From NCBI GenBank assembly GCA_045617525.1, contig JAZLIT010000265.1, positions 7,247-71,246 of the forward strand: a stretch of 64,000 bases of DNA, read 5' to 3'. The stretch is from Solibacillus sp. GTDB taxonomy: Bacteria > Bacillota > Bacilli > Bacillales_A > Planococcaceae. Made by a program: the position numbers and the translations under genes. The notes below the pieces were generated by a model that made no database searches, was not told where the DNA came from, and worked only from the letters and a program-made list of their open reading frames with translations. Below are positions 31,382 to 39,986 of this stretch, one piece after another (position 1 is the first letter of the stretch; each line of letters starts with the position of its first letter).

Positions 31382-32312
31382 TAGAATCACCCTCCTTCGT
31401 AATTGCCATAAATACATCCTCTAAATTTTTTGAGGCCACTTCAAAACCGCAAACCTGAATACCCGCTTCAATCGCATTTTTCAAAAGCATCGCTAACTGT
31501 TCTTCTGTCTTCGATGCACGGAAGCTAAGTTTTTGCTCAAAGGGTTTCATGTTCACATCCTCAACACCAAATTGCTGTGTGAAAAAGGCTTCTGCATACG
31601 CTAAGTCCCCTATCACTTTCACCTGCACATGCTGTTCGCCCTCTAACTGTGCTTGGATCGATTGAATATCACCATGCGCAATTAGTTTCCCTCCAGCAAT
31701 GACACCGATTTCGTCACATAATTCGGCTAGCTCTGGCAAAATATGTGAAGAAATTAACACCGTTATTCCTTTGATCTTCAAATCCTTTAATATGTCGCGC
31801 ATTTCAACACGAGCGCGTGGGTCTAAACCTGACGCAGGTTCATCTAAAATAAGAATTTCTGGTTCATGCATCAACGCACGCGCAAGGCAAAGTCGCTGCT
31901 TCATTCCTCTCGAAAGATGGTCTACATAATCAAAACGCTTATCTGTTAGGCGAACGAGCTGCAATAACTCTGTAATTTTTACTTTGCGTTGCTCTGCACT
32001 CAGACCATAGGCAGCCCCGTAAAAATCTAAATACTCCTCCGTTTTCAGTTGATCATAAACACCAAAAAAGTCCGGCATATAGCCTATTTTTTCACGTACC
32101 TTTTCAGGTAATGCTACAACGCTTTGCCCGTCTACTAAAATATCACCAGAAGTAGGCACTAATAACGTTGCTAATAAGCTAAATGCTGTAGATTTCCCCG
32201 CACCATTTGCACCTACTAATCCAAAAATTTTGCCCCGTTCTATTTCCACAGTGAAATTCGAGAGCGCTTCAAATTTTCCATAACGCTTTGTCACAGCATC
32301 AAACTTAATCAT
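31362..32312 (-). CDS. ABC transporter ATP-binding protein (ABC-2 subfamily)
   Basis: Walker A GANGAGKST, signature LSRGMKQRL, Walker B ILILDEP, H-loop SSHIL. An extra ~90-aa C-terminal domain. Confidence 0.92.
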   Translation of the reverse strand: MIKFDAVTKRYGKFEALSNFTVEIERGKIFGLVGANGAGKSTAFSLLATLLVPTSGDILVDGQSVVALPEKVREKIGYMPDFFGVYDQLKTEEYLDFYGAAYGLSAEQRKVKITELLQLVRLTDKRFDYVDHLSRGMKQRLCLARALMHEPEILILDEPASGLDPRARVEMRDILKDLKIKGITVLISSHILPELAELCDEIGVIAGGKLIAHGDIQSIQAQLEGEQHVQVKVIGDLAYAEAFFTQQFGVEDVNMKPFEQKLSFRASKTEEQLAMLLKNAIEAGIQVCGFEVASKNLEDVFMAITKEGDSSETTNT

Positions 32313-34632
32313 TATTAGGCTCCCCCTTCAGTAAAATAGACGGTAACATTAACCCTTCTTGTGGATTCGTAATATTGGATTGTAATTCCAGTCTCAGTTG
32401 CCCATCAACTACATAATCTAGGACGTCGTCAGTTTCAAGTATCGCCTCTATCGGTTCATAGACTTCCTTCTTCGCATTATAAATCGCAAGTTGAATCAAT
32501 GAATCCTTTTGCATCATTACTTGTAGGCTATTCCATTCATAACCCTCATGGATATTTGCTGGTAGTTCATACAGTAAATATTGCTTCATGCCTGGATAAA
32601 CTTGAAAATCCTCATTAGTTATTGGATACTTCGCAGTAAAGCTTTCATCATCTGATTGATAAAGTGTAAACGAATCTTGATCCATTTCTAACGTAGCAAG
32701 TTCATTTTCTGTGACGTCAAACGGTTGCGCAACGAGCGTCATCATTGTTTCTCTCGCTTTTCCAGTTACCATTGCACCCGTTTGAATAATTTCTTCCGTT
32801 TTTGCTACAACAACTGGCTTCGAATATTTAGAATTAACTTTAGTTGTTAACGTATATAGACTTTCTAATTGAGCCATATCAATCGTTTCCGTATCCACTT
32901 CCTCACGTAAATCAAACATGTTAAGGTTGTTTGATGCCAGCAAACTTTGGCTATCAAGTGTAATATTGACTTCAATTGTTTCACCAGCTTTAATTTCCCC
33001 TACAACAGGATAAAATTTTACACCCGACCAGATCTCTATATCTTGTAAATCGAAACTAAATGAATTTTTTATCGTGCCAGTTATTTGTCCTGATTCATTA
33101 ACAAGCTTAATATCGAGCTGTCCCTGTTGTTGATTTTTTCCGATTCCTGCAATCGATTTAATACCCCAATACTTCATATCCTTCAACACAAACCGGCGAT
33201 TTTCTTCTTCCATATAAAAGTTCGATTGATTCTGTGTTGGATTTATTAGCATTACTTCAGGGTAACCGAAAACCTCTACCCCCTCATTTACTTGAAACGT
33301 GTAGTCTCCAGCCCGATTTGATAGTACTGATTGCACAAAATAGTTTTCATTGCCCTCATCCGTTACGTAAAGCAATTGTGATGTTTGCACTTTTGGCTTC
33401 ATAAAGCGATCACCTGCACCAAAGCTAAATAATAATAGCGAACTAACTACAGCGATTACTGGAATTGCCCACCATGCAGCCTCACGCTTATCTTTCCTTT
33501 TTAAAACATAATAAAGCATCGGGCCAAGAATCAAAATATACACGATTAAAGGAAGAATAATGCGCCAAACCGTATATTGATTCGACTTAAACAATTCATT
33601 TGCGTCCTTCACATTAAACGATAGTACATCCTTTACAACGGTCGAGCTAACATCCAAATTCCCCTGATTGAATTGAATTACTTTCTGAAGAAGATGTACA
33701 TATCCATTTTCTTGCGTAAGCGCGGGTTCACTATAATTAAATGCCGTTTGAATTAACTTACCTGCGCCAATTGAATTAGAGCCGGCTATTACCGTTTCAC
33801 CAATTTTTATTTGGGTAACTTTCGAATTTCCTTTGCTTTCTATAATCGTTAAGGGCGCTTCAAATTCCCCTCTACTTACGTATTCATTTAGCGCTACTTT
33901 ATCTATTTCAAGCGTAGAGTTCAGATATGTCAGTGGGCTAAACGGAGCAAACGATGTATCGATTAAATCCTGGTTCACTACAACCTTCCCACCACGTCTG
34001 ACCCATTCTAATAGCGCCTTCTGTACTTGATCATCTAATTCATTTAATTTTTTCCCATCTATAATGAGGACATTTGCAAACTCAAAATAACTCGGATCAT
34101 TTGCCAAGGTTAAATCGGTATTTTTCACATCAAAATGCACAAGCTCAATCGGACGACTAACCGCTGTTCTTAATTTTTCAAGCTCTTCAAAATTGTCCAG
34201 TTGATCTGTCATTAATAATATAATGATTGTGTCTTCTGATAACGTTTTTGGTGGCTTATTACGAAACACCAATCCCTTAAGCTCATCGCCATCCTCTAAC
34301 GATCCTTCATATGCCTTAATTTGAATTCGATTTGATGAATAGCCATCATAATTGCCGACCATTACGCGAAGCTCATGAACCTCATTTGCACTGAGTTTTA
34401 GTGGAAATACCTTTGTGGATTCAATCATATGGCCTTCGGGAATTCGAATCACAATTTCTCCATCAAACGCTTTATCACCATTTTCAACCGTTAGCACCAT
34501 TTCTACTGGCTTCATATTTTTACTGATACCCTTTAACCCGTAATTGGCTTCAATCGTCATTGCACCAACCTGCTGTGCAACCCCTATTCCTGCAAATAAA
34601 AATAATAGGATGAATAATATATATTTCTTCAT
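32305..34632 (-). CDS. 775-aa envelope protein of unknown function: signal/anchor, ~330-aa outside domain, TM hairpin, ~370-aa outside domain
   Basis: ATG 34630-34632 (MKKYILFILLFLFAGIGVAQQVGA) with GGAGGTG 10 nt upstream. Two central TM helices (track residues ~357-380 and ~389-409, nt ~33415-33573). The segment VLIIDGKKLNELDDQVQKALLEWVRRGGKVVV is reminiscent of GldG/ABC_transp_aux-type domains. 8-nt overlap with the ATPase gene. Confidence 0.8.
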   Translation of the reverse strand: MKKYILFILLFLFAGIGVAQQVGAMTIEANYGLKGISKNMKPVEMVLTVENGDKAFDGEIVIRIPEGHMIESTKVFPLKLSANEVHELRVMVGNYDGYSSNRIQIKAYEGSLEDGDELKGLVFRNKPPKTLSEDTIIILLMTDQLDNFEELEKLRTAVSRPIELVHFDVKNTDLTLANDPSYFEFANVLIIDGKKLNELDDQVQKALLEWVRRGGKVVVNQDLIDTSFAPFSPLTYLNSTLEIDKVALNEYVSRGEFEAPLTIIESKGNSKVTQIKIGETVIAGSNSIGAGKLIQTAFNYSEPALTQENGYVHLLQKVIQFNQGNLDVSSTVVKDVLSFNVKDANELFKSNQYTVWRIILPLIVYILILGPMLYYVLKRKDKREAAWWAIPVIAVVSSLLLFSFGAGDRFMKPKVQTSQLLYVTDEGNENYFVQSVLSNRAGDYTFQVNEGVEVFGYPEVMLINPTQNQSNFYMEEENRRFVLKDMKYWGIKSIAGIGKNQQQGQLDIKLVNESGQITGTIKNSFSFDLQDIEIWSGVKFYPVVGEIKAGETIEVNITLDSQSLLASNNLNMFDLREEVDTETIDMAQLESLYTLTTKVNSKYSKPVVVAKTEEIIQTGAMVTGKARETMMTLVAQPFDVTENELATLEMDQDSFTLYQSDDESFTAKYPITNEDFQVYPGMKQYLLYELPANIHEGYEWNSLQVMMQKDSLIQLAIYNAKKEVYEPIEAILETDDVLDYVVDGQLRLELQSNITNPQEGLMLPSILLKGEPNND

Positions 34633-34683
34633 AACCACCATTCACCTCCAAATTATTTACTGCTCAAGACTGTCAATTAACTA

Positions 34684-34712
34684 ATTATACCAAACAACAA
34701 CCAGACTTTACA
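34684..34712 (-). promoter_or_regulatory. putative extended -10 promoter of the envelope-protein/ABC-2 operon
   Basis: Minus strand reads tgtaaa-17 nt-tataat with TGG immediately 5' of the -10 (tggtataat; -10 at 34684-34689). Confidence 0.45.
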
Positions 34713-34738
34713 GAATACCCCAACCCTAAATGTTTTAG

Positions 34739-34783
34739 ATAAAAAATAAGGCACTTTCTATTCAATTTGAACGGAAAGTGCCT
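34739..34783 (-). terminator. rho-independent terminator closing the G+C-rich island
   Basis: aggcactttc (34749-34758) / gaaagtgcct (34774-34783). U-run on the minus strand (plus A-run 34741-34748). Confidence 0.8.
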
Positions 34784-34795
34784 GATTAATTAGTA

Positions 34796-35000
34796 CCCTC
34801 TTTTATACAGGATGGTGAGTGACGAGGGAGACAACCTTTTAGTCCATGAATGGTGCAAGTTGATTTTCGTTATGGCGACGACTTCTTCGGGAACTCATGA
34901 GTGTTGCACTCGGGCTGTGCGAAGCGTGTGAGAAGGCTGGAACCGTCCCGCGAAAAGCGTCCGCTCGGAACTGTATCAACGGCTTCTATAAAGAAAGCGA
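34796..35000. other. G+C-rich structured non-coding island (candidate sRNA or dispersed intergenic repeat)
   Basis: No ORF in the track. Visibly G+C-rich against AT-rich flanks. Contains three GGAAC-containing motifs (34888-34894, 34937-34943, 34966-34971), nested complementary segments (gttgat 34859-34864 / atcaac 34975-34980; cttcg 34885-34889 / cgaag 34920-34924; gcac..gtgc). Bracketed by two minus-strand terminators. Confidence 0.5.
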
Positions 35001-35034
35001 GGACAGGAACGATTTTTTCGTTCCTGTCCTCGCT
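34988..35034 (-). terminator. rho-independent terminator of dapH-dapL
   Basis: Perfect 17-bp stem agcgaggacaggaacga / tcgttcctgtcctcgct (34996-35034). tttctttat follows on the minus strand. Confidence 0.85.
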
Positions 35035-35079
35035 TATGTGTGTCTAAATCGACTTTCTCAGTGTCCTCCTAGGTAGCCC

Positions 35080-36198
35080 CTAGTAGTTTTTACGCATTAA
35101 CTGTTCAACGAAGATTTGATTTGGTTCAAGCAGTGCTTCGTCTGGCGCTAATTTCGCATGATGTAACCCATACGTACTCGCTGCCCCAGTCCAAAACATA
35201 GCCCCAGGTATTTCCTTAATAAAATAGCCAAAATCCTCACCCGTCATGGCAGGTGGACTTTCGAAAGGAATCATCCCAGCCACATTTTCCGCTAACTGTA
35301 ATAATCGATTCGCACATTGCGCATCATTATTCACTTCAAAGTACATTGAGCCATAATCAATCTGTACCTTGCAATCATAGGAAATTTCGATGCCGCGACA
35401 AATCGCTTCAATACGTGATTTCACACTTTGCATCGATTCCGCTGAATACGTACGAATCGTACCTTCTAGTCTCGCATTCTCTGCAATAATGTTCTGCACC
35501 GTACCCGATGTCATTTTTCCTATCGTCACGACCACTGAATCTAACGGATCCACATTACGACTAACGATTGTATTTAGCTGCAATAAAAGACTGGCAGCCG
35601 CCACACTCATGTCCTTCGTTTTATGTGGATAGGCTGCATGACCACCCAAGCCCAATAAATCGATAAATAACTCAGACGTATTGGCAAACAGTAGTCCACC
35701 GCGCGTTGCAACCGTACCAACAGGATATTCAGGTGCAATATGTAATGCGTAAATTTCATCCGCAAGTAAATCTGGACGTTCAGCACGTAAATAATCCACC
35801 ATAGGCTGTGCGCCACCTGGCCCCTCTTCGGCCGGTTGGAAATAAAATATCGTTGGATGTAACGGAGGATTTTCAGCAATCTTTTGCACAACAGACAACG
35901 CAATCGTCATGTGGAAATCATGACCACATGCGTGCATATAACCCTCATGCTTAGAGGCATAAGCTAGACCAGTTTGCTCCTTGATTGGCAAACCATCAAT
36001 ATCTGCACGCCAGCCAATCGACGGTACCCCATCTAAGCCTGCTATTTTTACGATAATACCCGTTTTCCACTCAACGATTTCCATTGAATCTGTCTTCATT
36101 TTGTACAGCTGTTCAAGTAAAAATCGCTGTGTTTTAAATTCCTTGAAACCAGTTTCAGGTATTTCATGTAGCGCTCTTCTAATGGTAATTGCGTCCAT
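35080..36198 (-). CDS. dapL: N-acetyldiaminopimelate deacetylase (M20 amidohydrolase, YkuR type)
   Basis: 372 aa, [26 protein letters not shown], metal ligands in MHACGHDFH. Immediately downstream of dapH as in B. subtilis ykuQ-ykuR. Confidence 0.88.
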   Translation of the reverse strand: MDAITIRRALHEIPETGFKEFKTQRFLLEQLYKMKTDSMEIVEWKTGIIVKIAGLDGVPSIGWRADIDGLPIKEQTGLAYASKHEGYMHACGHDFHMTIALSVVQKIAENPPLHPTIFYFQPAEEGPGGAQPMVDYLRAERPDLLADEIYALHIAPEYPVGTVATRGGLLFANTSELFIDLLGLGGHAAYPHKTKDMSVAAASLLLQLNTIVSRNVDPLDSVVVTIGKMTSGTVQNIIAENARLEGTIRTYSAESMQSVKSRIEAICRGIEISYDCKVQIDYGSMYFEVNNDAQCANRLLQLAENVAGMIPFESPPAMTGEDFGYFIKEIPGAMFWTGAASTYGLHHAKLAPDEALLEPNQIFVEQLMRKNY

Positions 36199-36210
36199 TT
36201 TTACACCCTC

Positions 36211-36927
36211 TTATAAGTTACGTAATGAATCGATAATTTCTGTTTTTGATTTAGTTTTATTGTCTAATTGCTTTAATACACGTGCAGGTACGCCGCCTAC
36301 AACTGTATATGGCGCAACATCCTCAATTACAATAGCACCTGCAGCAACAACCGCACCTTGTCCGACTTTAATACCTTCCAATACAACCGCATTTGCACCG
36401 ATTACAACATCATCTTCCACAATAACTGGATCTGCTGATGGCGGCTCAATTACGCCTGCTAATACCGTACCTGCACCAATATGACAGTTCTTACCTACAG
36501 TTGCACGACCACCCAGAATAGCACCCATATCAATCATCGTTTTCTCACCAATTTCAGCACCAATATTTATAATCGCACCCATCATAATAACTGCATTGTC
36601 GCCAATTATTACTTGATCGCGAATAATTGCGCCTGGTTCAATACGTGCATTAACATACTTCGTGTCAAGAAGTGGCACACCTGAATTACGACGATCTGAT
36701 TCTACTAGATAATCTTCAATTTGCGCACCATATGCAGTAATCGCTTGTTCGATTTCAATCCATTCACCAAAAACAACAGCGTTATTTCCTTCTCCAAAAA
36801 CCTTTGAATCTTCACCAAATGTAAGGTTAGCTACAGCTGGTCCCTTTACATAAACCTTTACAGGTGTTACCTTTTTTGCATTTGAAATAAAATCGATAAT
36901 TTCATAAGCAGATAATTTTGTTGTCAT
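36211..36927 (-). CDS. dapH: tetrahydrodipicolinate N-acetyltransferase (hexapeptide-repeat)
   Basis: Left-handed beta-helix repeats ([57 protein letters not shown]). ATG 36925-36927 ([19 protein letters not shown]) with GGGGGTG 6 nt upstream. Confidence 0.92.
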   Translation of the reverse strand: MTTKLSAYEIIDFISNAKKVTPVKVYVKGPAVANLTFGEDSKVFGEGNNAVVFGEWIEIEQAITAYGAQIEDYLVESDRRNSGVPLLDTKYVNARIEPGAIIRDQVIIGDNAVIMMGAIINIGAEIGEKTMIDMGAILGGRATVGKNCHIGAGTVLAGVIEPPSADPVIVEDDVVIGANAVVLEGIKVGQGAVVAAGAIVIEDVAPYTVVGGVPARVLKQLDNKTKSKTEIIDSLRNL

Positions 36928-36997
36928 ATTCAGCACCCCCTATGTAAGTTTTCTAACATTACATAATTGTACTAAATATTCAGTATAATTTCACGCT

Positions 36998-37900
36998 TTA
37001 TTTAGAAGGTTCATTATAATCATATAAGCAGCGCGCACGATTTTGTACCACATTAGCAAACGCCTCTACCTGTCTCAGTTCAAATGTTGATTCATAGCCT
37101 AGCAGCCATGTATCACGTGTTAAACCATGATCCTTATCCATGTTAGAAAGTGGGATTTTATTGATATCCTCTTCCCCATCTAATGTTATTGATGGTAAAA
37201 TCGCATAGCCAATCCCGTTCAATGCCATTTGTTTACATGTTTCAATCTGATCTACAATAATTTGATGGCGCGGATTCGATTGGAAATATTGCTGCCACCA
37301 TTGTTGAATTTCTTGATAATAATCTGAGTCACTTTTAAACTGAATGAATGGACGATCCGAACTAAGAATATCCTCCATATCCGTAATTTCTTTATCCACT
37401 AAATACATCGTATCTCGGAATAAATGAATTTTTTTCCCTTTCCAATCAACAGGACCACGCACAATTCCTACATGCGCCTCCCCTTCATACAGTGCCTTAA
37501 CGATTTCCGAACTCCACCCTGTCATTAAAGAAATCCTTGTGTCTGGATACAGTGTTACATATTCTTTCAACACTTTAGGAAGCCAATTTTGTCCAACAAT
37601 CGAAGCACAGGCAATTTTCAAAGTACCATGTACCTTCGACTCGAGCGCCTGTATTGTTTCAAAAATTTCAGCACGTCTAGCAACCATTTCATTAGCATAT
37701 TGGATAACTAATTCGCCGGCTGAGGTCGGTGTTAACCCTTTTTGGGAACGAATAAATAATTGAGCGCCCCATTCCTTCTCAATTGTTTGGAGACGCTGCG
37801 AAAGAGCTGGCTGCGATAAAAATAATCGCTCTGCTCCTTTACGCATATTTTTTTCTTCAAATAAAATTTTTATAATTTCTGCCTCAGTTGCAATCATCAA
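36998..37900 (-). CDS. ccpC: LysR-family regulator, CcpC-like
   Basis: Strong collinearity with recalled B. subtilis CcpC (NMRKGAERLFLSQPALSQRLQTIEKEWG, RSQKGLTPTSAGE, QIETCKQMALNGIGYAILPS, DTWLLGYE). Follows ykuL as in B. subtilis. Confidence 0.85.
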   Translation of the reverse strand: MMIATEAEIIKILFEEKNMRKGAERLFLSQPALSQRLQTIEKEWGAQLFIRSQKGLTPTSAGELVIQYANEMVARRAEIFETIQALESKVHGTLKIACASIVGQNWLPKVLKEYVTLYPDTRISLMTGWSSEIVKALYEGEAHVGIVRGPVDWKGKKIHLFRDTMYLVDKEITDMEDILSSDRPFIQFKSDSDYYQEIQQWWQQYFQSNPRHQIIVDQIETCKQMALNGIGYAILPSITLDGEEDINKIPLSNMDKDHGLTRDTWLLGYESTFELRQVEAFANVVQNRARCLYDYNEPSK

Positions 37901-37920
37901 ACTCCTCCTTTATCTATGAA

Positions 37921-37954
37921 AAATCGACAAAACCTTATAGGCTTTGCCGATTCA
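37921..37954 (-). terminator. terminator-like hairpin between ykuL and ccpC
   Basis: Minus strand reads aatcggcaaagcc-tataa-ggttttgtcgatt (13 bp including two G-U pairs) followed by tttca. It ends only ~8 nt before the ccpC RBS. Confidence 0.55.
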
Positions 37955-37962
37955 TGTTACTA

Positions 37963-38403
37963 TTAAGCTTGTAAATATACATACTTTTTTAGTTGTTTTA
38001 AAATAACTCTTCGTGTCAATATTCCGACGAACGTGTCTTCTTCATCTACCACACATAAAAACGCATGGTCAATAACTAAATCAAGTGCACGTTGAAATGA
38101 ATCGGTAACTTTTAAATAAGCAACATCCTGATCCATCACTTCATCTACTTTAATATTTTCAAGCTTTTCATATTCAATTCGTTCAAGCCCTAAAATTGAC
38201 TCAATAATTTTACCAGTACTAAGTAATCCAATAAATCTGTATTTCATATCTAACACTGGAATTGAAGAATAGCCTGTTTTCGTTAAAACCAGTAATGCGT
38301 GCTCCGCATTATTCCCACTTTGAACATGAGCAACCTTCTCTGATGAAATCAAGAAATCTGAAATCGATAATTCTAATAAAGCCTTGCTAGACATAGAAAT
38401 CAT
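37963..38403 (-). CDS. ykuL: CBS-domain protein (YkuL-like)
   Basis: 146 aa. KVAHVQSGNNAEHALLVLTKTGYSSIPVLD and GLERIEYEKL match recalled B. subtilis YkuL almost position for position. Confidence 0.85.
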   Translation of the reverse strand: MISMSSKALLELSISDFLISSEKVAHVQSGNNAEHALLVLTKTGYSSIPVLDMKYRFIGLLSTGKIIESILGLERIEYEKLENIKVDEVMDQDVAYLKVTDSFQRALDLVIDHAFLCVVDEEDTFVGILTRRVILKQLKKYVYLQA

Positions 38404-38509
38404 AAAACCTTCTCCTTTGTGTCATCACTTTGTTGGATCTCATTCCCAGTTACATCATATCATAACTCATAAAGTGATGACTAGGAACGACTCACAAGGA
38501 TTTCACTAT

Positions 38510-38746
38510 TCAGAGATAACTTGCCCAATACACAAAGATCATTATACCGGTAAAAGCAAACCATATTGCATACATAATAATAATTGGATTTAATAAAAAT
38601 GGATGATCAGCTATCACTTCATGAATCGGTGTATCCTCATCTGCATTACTTGCTTCCACCTTTTTTGCCACTAAAATCGTAATCCAATACGACACCGCAC
38701 ATAAAAGTATGACAACAAAAACAGCTGGCCACAACCAAATCCCCAT
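38510..38746 (-). CDS. small two-TM membrane protein, unknown function
   Basis: 78 aa, AAGGAG RBS. Hydrophobic N- and C-terminal helices separated by an acidic loop (EASNADEDTPIHE). Confidence 0.6.
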   Translation of the reverse strand: MGIWLWPAVFVVILLCAVSYWITILVAKKVEASNADEDTPIHEVIADHPFLLNPIIIMYAIWFAFTGIMIFVYWASYL

Positions 38747-38918
38747 AAAAACACTCCTTCCGTGCTTTATAGTATTGGCTTAGCCAGCTGTAGCTATTCA
38801 TTTAAAAAGTAAATCAAATAATAGACGGAACACTAATTCAAAAAAGTTATTCAATGCATCAATTGGCGTTTTATTAATACGTTTATAGTGTTTATAGTTG
38901 ATTCATGAAACATAAAAA

Positions 38919-39689
38919 TTAAAACGGGTGTTGATTCAACCATGAACCACCATCTAACGTAATACACTCACCATTTAAATATTGCGCTTTATCTGAAATC
39001 ATAAATACCGCTAAATCGGCAATTTCTTCTGGCGTACCTAATCGACCTAAAGGCACTGAATTAATTGTACGCTTCGCTTGCTCCTCTGACTCCCATAATT
39101 TATCGGCCCCTCCTGTACGCTCAATTGGTCCTGGAGCTATTGCATTACAGCGAATTCCAAACTGTGATCCCCATTCAACCGCTAACGTACGTGTCAATGA
39201 TAGAACACCCGCCTTCGCTGCCGCAGAGTGCACAACACCTGCCCCGGCCCCCCATGCATATGTAGCTACCATATTGACCATAGATCCTTTAATATTATTT
39301 TCAATCCAATAACGGCCTACCGCTGACGAGCAATAAAACGTTCCATTTAATACAATATCAATTACTGCCTTCCAACCATTCGGAGACAATTTCTCTGCAT
39401 GCACCAAAAAATTTCCTGCAGCATTATTCACTAAGCTATCTATACGACCAAATCTATTAACCGTAAATTCCACCATTGCTTGTACATGATCTACTTCACG
39501 CACATCCATTTGGAATGTTTCAATCTGGTCTCCAAATGCCTCAATTTCACTTTTTGCATTTTGTAAGCGTTCTAAGTTACGTCCAGTAATGACTACCTTA
39601 GCACCTTGCTTGACAAATTCCTTTGCCATACCTAGCCCCATTCCACTTGAACCACCCGTAATAATTACCACTTTATTTTCCAACATCAT
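38919..39689 (-). CDS. fadH: SDR family oxidoreductase, 2,4-dienoyl-CoA reductase (FadH/YkuF)-like
   Basis: TGGSSGMG, NNAAGNF, S/Y/K catalytic region. ATG 39687-39689 (MMLENKVVIITGG) with AGGGGGAAG upstream. The symbol rests on the recalled ykuF position and similarity only. Confidence 0.7.
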   Translation of the reverse strand: MMLENKVVIITGGSSGMGLGMAKEFVKQGAKVVITGRNLERLQNAKSEIEAFGDQIETFQMDVREVDHVQAMVEFTVNRFGRIDSLVNNAAGNFLVHAEKLSPNGWKAVIDIVLNGTFYCSSAVGRYWIENNIKGSMVNMVATYAWGAGAGVVHSAAAKAGVLSLTRTLAVEWGSQFGIRCNAIAPGPIERTGGADKLWESEEQAKRTINSVPLGRLGTPEEIADLAVFMISDKAQYLNGECITLDGGSWLNQHPF

Positions 39690-39813
39690 AAAACTTCCCC
39701 CTTTGTAAAATGAATGGTTATTCACTTCTATTTTACTATAAGTAATTCACAATAAACACAAAAAACATTACATAAAGTCTATAATTATTGCTTTAATTAG
39801 AGTTTTACGACCA

Positions 39814-39852
39814 CAAAAAAAACTAGACTACAAGTTACTTCTTGTAATCTAG
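39814..39852 (-). terminator. rho-independent terminator of ppx-ppk
   Basis: ctagactacaag / cttgtaatctag stem (one mismatch). U8 run on the minus strand. Confidence 0.75.
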
Positions 39853-39986
39853 CCTCATTTCTATAACTTGTCCTGAAGAATACCCTTTAAATGCACAATT
39901 TAACAAGGTACTTTGTATTTTCCAATTTATTATTAAATCCATACACTACATCAGAGGGCAATATACGCATTACGAGACAATGATAG

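Noticed and set aside
34739-35000. G+C-rich island plus terminator as a riboswitch/attenuator leader of the ABC-2 operon
   Set aside because: The best promoter for that operon (extended -10 at 34684-34689) lies downstream of the terminator, and I recognise no known aptamer signature. The island is kept as a finding, but as an independent element rather than a leader.
35981-36484. 167-aa plus-strand ORF spanning the dapL/dapH junction, and other antisense ORFs in dapL/dapH (35253..35489, 35390..35632, 35607..35903, 36481..36684)
   Set aside because: They are antisense or out of frame relative to two strongly recognisable genes. Their Ser/Thr/Pro/Ala-rich composition is typical of the antisense of hexapeptide-repeat genes.
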